The translations under genes and the position numbers were made by a program. Under the pieces are notes generated by a model, which was not told where the DNA came from, ran no database searches, and was given only the letters and a program-made list of their open reading frames with translations. DNA of 64,000 bases from Anaerolineales bacterium (lineage in GTDB: Bacteria > Chloroflexota > Anaerolineae > Anaerolineales > E44-bin32): the NCBI GenBank assembly GCA_029210945.1, contig JARGGH010000018.1:148-64147 (forward strand), read 5' to 3'. Each line of letters opens with the position of its first letter. Within the stretch, counting starts at the first letter, position 1. Positions 57,042 to 64,000 of the stretch are shown here, in pieces.

Positions 57042-57074
57042 GGTTCCCTCCGGCCTCATCGGCCGGAGGGAACC
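57042..57074 (-). terminator. Stem-loop downstream of BMP gene
   Basis: Perfect 14-bp stem GGTTCCCTCCGGCC/GGCCGGAGGGAACC. Confidence 0.75.
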
Positions 57075-57087
57075 TGGAAAACGAAAC

Positions 57088-58191
57088 CTACTCTTCTAGC
57101 GTTCCAACCACGCCTTCGACGAACCAATCCATGCTGAGCATATCGCCATCGCTCATGCACTCGCCGTCGGCGATCTTGACAGAACCATCCTGAGCGTTGA
57201 TCGGTCCGCAGAACACATCCCATTCGCCAGAGACGATGCGGGTGTGTTCGCTCTCAACCTTCGAGGCGACATCTGCAGGTACGCGCGGGCTCAGCTCAGC
57301 CAGCTCGACGACACCGTCCGCCAGGCCGCCCCAGAACTGGTGCGTCTCCCAGCTTCCGTCGATGACCTTGCCGACCGTGTCGACGTAGTAGGTGCCCCAG
57401 TTCCAGATGGGGCTGGTCAGCACGGTGTCGCCGACGAACTGTGCCATGTCAGAGTCATAACCGATGCTCAGCGCGCCGCGCTCCTGGGCGGCCTTCTGCG
57501 GCTCGGTCGTATCCTGGTGCTGGGCGATGATGTCAGCGCCCTCATCCAGGAGTGCCTCAGCGGCTTCGCGCTCTTTCACCGGGTCGTACCAGGTGTTGGT
57601 CCATACAACGCGGACTTCCGCATCGGGGTTTACTTCGCGGACACCAAGCGTGAAGGCGTTGATGCCACGGACAACCTCGGGGATCGGGAAGGCAGCCACA
57701 TACCCGATCAGATTCGCCTCGGTCATGCTGCCTGCCACGAGACCGGAAAGATAGCGCGGCTGATAGATCCTTCCGAAGTACGTGGACATATTCTCAGCAG
57801 TCTTGAACCCGGAGCAGTGCTCAAAGATCACATCGGAGTTCTCTTCCGCCACGGTCAGCGTGGGATCCATGTAGCCAAAGCTCGTCGTGAAAACGACATC
57901 GGCGCCATTGTTGACCACATCGCGAATGGCTTTTTCGGCATCCGGCCCTTCCGGCACATCCGGCACCGTCACGGTTTCAACCTGGTCACCCAGCTCTTCC
58001 TCGAGCATCAGCCGCCCGCGTTCGTGTTCGTAGGTCCAGCCCAAATCGCCGGGCTGTCCGATATAAATGAACGCGACCTTCAGTTCTTCCGATGGTTCTT
58101 CTACTTCAGCCTGCCCACCGCCACAGGCGGTGATCGCCAACGCCAGAACCATCAACAGGGCGGCGCTTTTCCATAACGTCTTCAATGTCAT
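57088..58191 (-). CDS. BMP-family purine/nucleoside-binding lipoprotein
   Basis: ITAC lipobox, DLGWTYEH, TSFGY, PIPEVVRGINAF, WYDP, QHQD. Confidence 0.94.
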   Translation of the reverse strand: MTLKTLWKSAALLMVLALAITACGGGQAEVEEPSEELKVAFIYIGQPGDLGWTYEHERGRLMLEEELGDQVETVTVPDVPEGPDAEKAIRDVVNNGADVVFTTSFGYMDPTLTVAEENSDVIFEHCSGFKTAENMSTYFGRIYQPRYLSGLVAGSMTEANLIGYVAAFPIPEVVRGINAFTLGVREVNPDAEVRVVWTNTWYDPVKEREAAEALLDEGADIIAQHQDTTEPQKAAQERGALSIGYDSDMAQFVGDTVLTSPIWNWGTYYVDTVGKVIDGSWETHQFWGGLADGVVELAELSPRVPADVASKVESEHTRIVSGEWDVFCGPINAQDGSVKIADGECMSDGDMLSMDWFVEGVVGTLEE

Positions 58192-58320
58192 TCCGAACTC
58201 CTCTCCTCGATAAGATACGTGTTTACGTCGTGATTTCCGCTATCGGCTTGCACTTCACTCATAATCAACTCCAGATTGACACCTCCTGATTGTTTGACAT
58301 TCCTTATTGTCTTGCCAGTT

Positions 58321-59268
58321 TCATGGGACGATGAGCGTCCCTGTTTCACCTTTCAACGCGCGTTCGATGTTCTCCGGGTTGGTGATCAGCGCCTGCCTGC
58401 CGCCTCTCTCCAGGAAACCAAGGATGGCGCGGACCTTCGGCTCCATGCTGCCCTTGCCGAAGTGGCCTTGTTCCAGATACTCTTTGGCCTCGGCCAGCGT
58501 CATGCGATCAAGCCATTCCTGGTTGGGCTGGTTGAAATTAATCGCAACTTTCTCGACGGCTGTTGAGATTAGCAAGAGATCGGCATTTAGGCTAGTCGCC
58601 AGGAGTGCAGATGCGAAATCTTTATCGATCACCGCCTCCACACCGAGCAGCTCACCGCCCTCGCCCTCCACGACCGGGATACCGCCACCCCCCACGCTGA
58701 TGACCACGAAGCCATCACGTACAAGCGTGCTGATTGCGTCCGCCTCGATGATCCGCACCGGCAGCGGGGATGGGACAACCCGCCGCCAGCCGCGGCCTGC
58801 ATCCTCCACGACTGCCCAGCCCTCCGCCTCTTTGCGCTGCATGGCAGTGCTCTCATCCATGAACGCCCCGATCGGTTTGGAGGGGTTCTTAAAAGCGGGG
58901 TCGTGCTTATCCACAAGCACCTGCGTCACGACCGTGGCCGCCAGCTTGTCCATCGAGCGCTTCTGGAATTGCCCGTACAGCGCGCGCTGGAACATATACC
59001 CGATGGCTCCCTGAGTGTCTGCCCCGCAGTAATCCAACGGAACGGGGTGCAGTTCGTGCAGCGATAGCTCGGCCCGGCGCAGAATAAACCCCACCTGTGG
59101 GCCATTTCCGTGCGTGACGATCACCTCCCAGCCCTGCTCGATCATCCCGGCGATGTGCTCCATCGATTGGCTCGCCGCTTCGTACTGATCCGGGATCGCC
59201 TGGTGGTCCTTATCCTTAATCAGTGAGTTGCCACCCACCGCGACCACGGCAACTTTTTTCTCACCCAT
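58321..59268 (-). CDS. arcC: Carbamate kinase
   Basis: AVGGNSL, THGNGPQVG, PSKPIG, RRVVPSP, EAVIDKD, GSMEPKV. Confidence 0.96.
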   Translation of the reverse strand: MGEKKVAVVAVGGNSLIKDKDHQAIPDQYEAASQSMEHIAGMIEQGWEVIVTHGNGPQVGFILRRAELSLHELHPVPLDYCGADTQGAIGYMFQRALYGQFQKRSMDKLAATVVTQVLVDKHDPAFKNPSKPIGAFMDESTAMQRKEAEGWAVVEDAGRGWRRVVPSPLPVRIIEADAISTLVRDGFVVISVGGGGIPVVEGEGGELLGVEAVIDKDFASALLATSLNADLLLISTAVEKVAINFNQPNQEWLDRMTLAEAKEYLEQGHFGKGSMEPKVRAILGFLERGGRQALITNPENIERALKGETGTLIVP

Positions 59269-59292
59269 AATTTCTGCTTCTCCTCCTGAGAT

Positions 59293-60270
59293 TTACATTG
59301 TCAAAGCCATCACGGCTTTTTGTGCGTGCAGTCGATTTTCGGCTTCATCAAAGACGACGCTCTGCGGCCCGTCCAACACTTCGGAGGTGACCTCGATATC
59401 CCGGTCCGCCGGGAGCGGGTGCATGTAAATCGCGTCATCCTTGGCGAGCGACATCAGTTTCTGATCGGCGATCCAATCTTTGTACTGGTCCTGGATTTTC
59501 TTGCCCTCATCCTGGTCACGCGTTGTCAGCAACGGCCCCCAGGATTTCGCATAAACGACGTCGGCGCCTTCGACGGCGTCCTGCATGTCGTCCACGACCT
59601 CGAATGAGGTCTTGTGCTTCTCAGCCTGCTCGCGGGCCTGTTCCATGATTTCCGGCATGAGCTCGAATTCCTTCGGGTGCGCCAGCGTCACGTCCAGTCC
59701 GAAGCGCGGCATCTGCAGGATCAGGGATTGCGGCACCGAAATCGGCTTCAAGTACGAAGACGCATAAGCCCACGAGACGACGATTTTTCGGCCGCGCAGA
59801 TCGCGACCCTTCTTCTCCATGATCGTCATCAGGTCCGCCAGGCACTGGTGCGGATGGTAGTACTCGCACTGCATGTTCAGCACGGGCACCCGCGAAGCCT
59901 CCGCCACCAGATTCAGGTAGCGGTTGCCGATCCCCCAGTCGACATGCCGGATGGCGATCCCGTCGAAGTAGCGCCCGAAGATCTCGCCCATCTCGGTTTC
60001 CGTATCGCCATGGGAGATCTGGGTCGTGCGCGACTCGATGAACGCCGCGTGCCCGCCGAGCTGCGCCATGCCGGCTTCGAACGAGCCGCGCGTGCGCGTG
60101 CTCGAGAAGAAGAACAGCATCGCCAGCACCTTGTCACGCAAGTAGGCGTGCTCTTCGCCGAGCGCCCGTTTGCGCTTCAAATCAAATGCGACATCCAGGA
60201 TCGTCTCGACCTCTTCTTTCGTGAAATCCAGGTCGCCGATCAGATCCCTTCCTTTTAGATAGGTTTGCAT
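59293..60270 (-). CDS. Ornithine carbamoyltransferase-like (AOTCase/YgeW-related) transcarbamylase
   Basis: SSTRTR, HPHQCLAD, YAKSW, MHPLPADR, FDEAENRLH; lacks the OTCase SMG loop. Confidence 0.88.
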   Translation of the reverse strand: MQTYLKGRDLIGDLDFTKEEVETILDVAFDLKRKRALGEEHAYLRDKVLAMLFFFSSTRTRGSFEAGMAQLGGHAAFIESRTTQISHGDTETEMGEIFGRYFDGIAIRHVDWGIGNRYLNLVAEASRVPVLNMQCEYYHPHQCLADLMTIMEKKGRDLRGRKIVVSWAYASSYLKPISVPQSLILQMPRFGLDVTLAHPKEFELMPEIMEQAREQAEKHKTSFEVVDDMQDAVEGADVVYAKSWGPLLTTRDQDEGKKIQDQYKDWIADQKLMSLAKDDAIYMHPLPADRDIEVTSEVLDGPQSVVFDEAENRLHAQKAVMALTM

Positions 60271-60327
60271 GGGTTCGTAGTCTCCTTATAGTTCCTGATA
60301 GTCAAATCCCCTGCTGCTTTTCAGACA

Positions 60328-60427
60328 GGGCACCCCGTCACTCCGGCACCCGGGCACCCAGGGAGGGCAGGGCTACCCCTTCGAAAACCCACCCGGAATT
60401 ACCCGGTGACCGAGTGACCGAGTGACC
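60328..60427. repeat. Intergenic 8-bp periodic inverted repeats
   Basis: GGGCACCC CGTCACTC CGGCACCC GGGCACCC ... CCGGTGAC CGAGTGAC CGAGTGAC. Confidence 0.65.
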
Positions 60428-60462
60428 TCCTCAAAACGTCAATTTCAAAGGCTCTTTCGCGG

Positions 60463-61416
60463 TCACTCCATCGCCCCCAGAATCGACGCCAGGATGCCCA
60501 TGCGCATGACCACGCCGTTGAAGGCCTCCTGCCAGTAGCGCGACCAGCGCGTGATGTCCACGTCGGGCGGGATCTCGTCCATGCGCGGCAGCGAGTGCAG
60601 CAGGATCGCGTCCGACTTCGCTTTCGTCTCCAGCAGCTCGCGCGTGATCTTGTAGTTCGCCGGCGTCATGCCGACATCCTCGCCGCGCTCATCGCGCGAC
60701 TTGGTGTAGTCCGGCTGCACGACCGGCTCAACCAGGATCACGTCTGCGTCTGCAATCGCCTCTTCGACGTGTTCGGCTTCCTTGTAATCCAGGCTGTAGC
60801 CTTTGATTTCCTCTTTGAATTCGTCGGTGAGGGACATATCGGGAGGTGAAACAAACGTGATCGGGCAGTCAAACTGGGTCAGACCATGCGCCAGCGAATG
60901 CATCGTGCGCATGCGCATGTCCCCGACGGCCAGCCAGCGCAGGCCGTCGATGCGGCCTTTTTCCGTCAGCACGGTGTACAGGTCGGTGAGGATCTGCGTC
61001 GGGTGCTCGCCCCAGCCGTCGCCACCGTTGATGATCGGCACGGAAGCCCATTTCGCGGCTTCGTGCGGCGCACCCTGCTGGAAATGGCGCATCACGATCA
61101 CATCGCCGTAGAACTCGAGCATCTTGACCGTGTCTTTGATCGATTCCTGGTAGAAATCCCCGGCGCGGGTCATCTTCGCATCGGCGAAGCCGGTCACCTG
61201 CCCGCCAAGGCGGATCATACCTGCCTCGTGCGCCAGCCGTGTGCGCGTGCTCGGCTGGTAGAACGCGGTGACGAGTGTTTTGCCCGCCAGCAAGTCCGTG
61301 TTCCTCCGGTCCCGGGCAATCGGCGCCAGACGGTCGCAGATCTCAAACAAACGGAAGAATTCGTTTCGTTCGAAATCCTTTAGTGAAAGTATGTCCCTTC
61401 CCATAAAACTTCGCAT
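60463..61416 (-). CDS. Aspartate carbamoyltransferase-like transcarbamylase (divergent)
   Basis: FYQPSTRTR, ESIKDT, INGGDG..EHPTQ, HSLPRMDEI, NGVVMRM. Confidence 0.88.
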   Translation of the reverse strand: MRSFMGRDILSLKDFERNEFFRLFEICDRLAPIARDRRNTDLLAGKTLVTAFYQPSTRTRLAHEAGMIRLGGQVTGFADAKMTRAGDFYQESIKDTVKMLEFYGDVIVMRHFQQGAPHEAAKWASVPIINGGDGWGEHPTQILTDLYTVLTEKGRIDGLRWLAVGDMRMRTMHSLAHGLTQFDCPITFVSPPDMSLTDEFKEEIKGYSLDYKEAEHVEEAIADADVILVEPVVQPDYTKSRDERGEDVGMTPANYKITRELLETKAKSDAILLHSLPRMDEIPPDVDITRWSRYWQEAFNGVVMRMGILASILGAME

Positions 61417-61479
61417 TGTATTGCCTCCTGATTTGGCTCGCCTCGCGGCGGCATGTTTGTGGAATGCTCAGATTTGAAC

Positions 61480-62241
61480 TCAGACTCCTTGCACCCTCCG
61501 TACAATAGAAAACCGGAACGTCCCCGGAAGAAAATAGCTGAATGAATGGTCGATCAGATCACCTTCTCTGGTTCGAAGCCAGGCTTCCATGCAGAGCAGA
61601 ACATCGCCACGCTGAATCCCTAGTTCGCGCGCCACCTCCGCCGAGGCGGAAACTGCGGTGATCTCGGTGAGCGAGGTGTTTACGCTCGGCTTTTGCTTGC
61701 GCACGAGAAGATCGAGGATTGAACCCTTGAAGCGCCTCTGCTGGACCTGCTCCGGAAGGTAATGCTCGGGGAGCGAATCGACAAGGTAAGCAATCGGTCG
61801 TTCTTCTGTGGAGATGACTCTCGAGACATCGACCACCCGGGCGCCGTTCTCGAGGGCGAAACGCTCGATCTCCAGATCGGTCGCCTCCCGCTCCTCGATC
61901 TCCAGCTCACCCATCTCGACCTGCAGCCCAATCCGCCCGGCGAGCGTCTCGAGGCTCTCGAGTTTCTCTATGCCCGTTTCAATCACATGTGGTGGGTGGG
62001 TCACCATCGTGCCGACACCCTGCTTGCGCACGATCACACCTTGCCCCTCAAAAACCCGCATGGCTTCACGCAACGTGGCGCGCGAGACGCCAAGCTGACG
62101 CGCCAATTTCGGCTCCGACGGCAGGTAGCTACCCGGCTCAACATCCTTGATAACGGCTGCCAGCGCGTCGGTCGTCCTCTGGTAAAGGGGGCGTGAATCT
62201 TCGCGACCGGACATGACTCGCTTCATCTCAACCCTGTCCAT
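61480..62241 (-). CDS. GntR (HutC/UTRA)-family transcriptional regulator
   Basis: LPSEPKLARQLGVSRATLREA...GVGT HTH plus UTRA-like C-terminus; exact start uncertain. Confidence 0.93.
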   Translation of the reverse strand: MDRVEMKRVMSGREDSRPLYQRTTDALAAVIKDVEPGSYLPSEPKLARQLGVSRATLREAMRVFEGQGVIVRKQGVGTMVTHPPHVIETGIEKLESLETLAGRIGLQVEMGELEIEEREATDLEIERFALENGARVVDVSRVISTEERPIAYLVDSLPEHYLPEQVQQRRFKGSILDLLVRKQKPSVNTSLTEITAVSASAEVARELGIQRGDVLLCMEAWLRTREGDLIDHSFSYFLPGTFRFSIVRRVQGV

Positions 62242-62244
62242 CAC

Positions 62245-64000
62245 TCAATCGGCTTCGATCGGTATGACTTGAAACGCGTTTACATCAACAAGGCCTTTAT
62301 CCGAGATCCGCAGATCGGGGATGACGACCAGCGCCAGCAGGCTGAGCTGCATGTTGGCGTTGTTGAGCGTGCAGCCACAATCCCGGAATGCCTCAAGGAG
62401 AGCTTCGGCTTTGTCCGCTACAACTTCGGCGCGTTCATTGGACATCAACCCAGCGATGGGGAGTTCAACCTCCGCGCGAACCTCGCCATCTTTGATCACG
62501 ACCTGCCCGCCTCGAATCTCCGCCAGGCGGTTTGCTGCCAGCGCCATCGCCTCTTCATCCGATCCAACCACAATCATGTGGTGGGAGTCGTGCGCCACGG
62601 TTGATCCGATGGCGCAGTTCGCGTCCAGACCGAAACCCTGAACGAGCGCGACCTGCACCTCCCCGGTGCCCTTGTGACGTTCGACGAGGGCGACCTTGAG
62701 CAGATCTCTGTCCAGATCGATCGGCAGCTCACCAGCGACCACCGGAACGCTTAGCCGCAGATGCCTGGTGGGCGCCTGGTTCTCGACGATGCCGATCACG
62801 TTAGCGATCACTTCATCACCGGCTGATGTGGGTATCTTGAAATCGCCGGCGGTTAAAGCCCTCCCCAGGTTGACTGAATTTTTCACCTCTTCCGGGTAGG
62901 AGAACGTGGGCAGGTCGATGACCAGCTTGCCATCCCGGGCGACGACCTCACCACGCGCGATCACCATCTGCACATCGAGCGCTTCCAGATCACCGACCAG
63001 CAAGATATCCGCATAGCGGCCCGGCGCAATCTGACCCACGTCCCGGCTGACACCGAAGTGTTCCGCCGTATTCAGCGTCGCCATCTGGATGGCAGTGACC
63101 GGCTCGGCTCCCTGTTCGATCGCGTGCCGGACAACACGGTCCATGTGCCCTTCGTTGACCAGCGTGCCCGAATGAGAGTCGTCGGTGACAAGGATGAAGT
63201 GGCGTGGATCCATGCCCATCTCGGTCACCGCCTTGATCTGGGAGGCTACATCGTGCCAGGCCGAACCCAGACGCAGCATGACCTTCATCCCCTGCCGGAC
63301 ACGGGCGACCGCATCCTCCAAACGTGTACCTTCATGATCGTCCTCCGGCCCTCCGGCGACGTAACCGTGGAACGGCAACCCGAGGTCGAGCGAGGCGTAG
63401 TGTCCTCCGATCACTTTACCGGCCTGGCGCGTGCGGGCCATCTCGGCGTGCATCTTGTCATCGTTGAAATAGACCCCCGGGAAGTTCATCATCTCGCCCA
63501 GGCCGATGATCCCGGGCCAGCTCATCGCCTGCTCGACTTCGTCCGGCCCGATCGCGGCACCGGGGGTCTCCAGGCCTGGAGCGGACGGGACGCAGGAGGG
63601 CATCTGAACCCAGACATGCATTGGCTGCAGGGCAGCTTCATCGACCATCAAGCGGACACCCTTCAAGCCAAACACATTGGCAATCTCGTGCGGGTCGACA
63701 AACATGCCCGTCGTGCCGCGCGGGAGCACGGCGCGGACAAACTCGGTGATCGTGACCATGCCAGATTCAATGTGCATGTGACCATCGAGTAAGCCGGGGA
63801 CGATGAAACGGCCCTCGGCCTCGATGATCTTCGTGTCCGGCCCGATGGTGTGGCCGGCATCCTCACCCACGAAAGCCACACGGCCGCCCCGAACCGCCAC
63901 GCTGATTCCGGGCAGTATCTCGCCGCTCTGAACACAGACCCAGCGGCCGTCGCGCACCAACAAATCGGCGAAGGCGCGACCCATCGCGACGTCCACCAGT
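62245..64000 (-). CDS. ade: Adenine deaminase (5' end outside window)
   Basis: PGLLDGHMHIES, DPHEIANV, LGEMMNFPG, DDHE, TDD, TVAHDSHH. Confidence 0.94.
   Translation of the reverse strand, partial: LVDVAMGRAFADLLVRDGRWVCVQSGEILPGISVAVRGGRVAFVGEDAGHTIGPDTKIIEAEGRFIVPGLLDGHMHIESGMVTITEFVRAVLPRGTTGMFVDPHEIANVFGLKGVRLMVDEAALQPMHVWVQMPSCVPSAPGLETPGAAIGPDEVEQAMSWPGIIGLGEMMNFPGVYFNDDKMHAEMARTRQAGKVIGGHYASLDLGLPFHGYVAGGPEDDHEGTRLEDAVARVRQGMKVMLRLGSAWHDVASQIKAVTEMGMDPRHFILVTDDSHSGTLVNEGHMDRVVRHAIEQGAEPVTAIQMATLNTAEHFGVSRDVGQIAPGRYADILLVGDLEALDVQMVIARGEVVARDGKLVIDLPTFSYPEEVKNSVNLGRALTAGDFKIPTSAGDEVIANVIGIVENQAPTRHLRLSVPVVAGELPIDLDRDLLKVALVERHKGTGEVQVALVQGFGLDANCAIGSTVAHDSHHMIVVGSDEEAMALAANRLAEIRGGQVVIKDGEVRAEVELPIAGLMSNERAEVVADKAEALLEAFRDCGCTLNNANMQLSLLALVVIPDLRISDKGLVDVNAFQVIPIEAD

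Noticed and set aside
17188-64000. Selenocysteine recoding in the Mo-hydroxylase cluster
   Set aside because: All enzymes appear as full-length ORFs with no in-frame UGA splits; YqeB/YqeC point to labile Se instead.
1-64000. CRISPR array, rRNA or tRNA genes, integron integrase
   Set aside because: No regularly spaced repeat-spacer units, no rRNA/tRNA signatures and no tyrosine recombinase ORF seen.

Overview
GC-rich bacterial window, probably Chloroflexota (Anaerolineae-like, inferred from gene content), with two parts. (1) 1-17.2 kb is an accessory mosaic. It holds the 5' end of an IS110/IS1111-family transposase, a DUF305-catalase-DUF305 trio separated by 41-bp attC-like direct repeats, and many small stress/membrane-protein genes (dodecin, two GlsB/YeaQ/YmgE paralogs, YtxH, YggT, lmo0937-like; several are missed by the ORF track). 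It also has an RNB ribonuclease, a NarL-type two-component system, DUF4256 and an orphan structured ncRNA candidate. (2) 17.2-64 kb is a ~47 kb co-oriented minus-strand cluster for purine/nucleoside catabolism. It encodes adenine deaminase, a GntR regulator, two divergent carbamoyltransferases, carbamate kinase, two BMP-type ABC importers, two fold-type II PLP enzymes, dihydropyrimidinase, SsnA, three molybdenum hydroxylases and their Se/Mo maturation genes (YqeB, YqeC-MocA, XdhC). A coenzyme F420 module (NpdG, CofE, PPOX, nitroreductase, CofD, CofC, Mer-like LLM reductase) is inserted between ssnA and ygfM/xdhD. Main hypothesis: an F420-dependent variant of the reductive 2,8-dioxopurine (uric acid) degradation pathway, in which an F420H2 reductase replaces YgfK and a second carbamoyltransferase replaces YgeY. 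All family calls come from motif recognition by eye; no searches were run.
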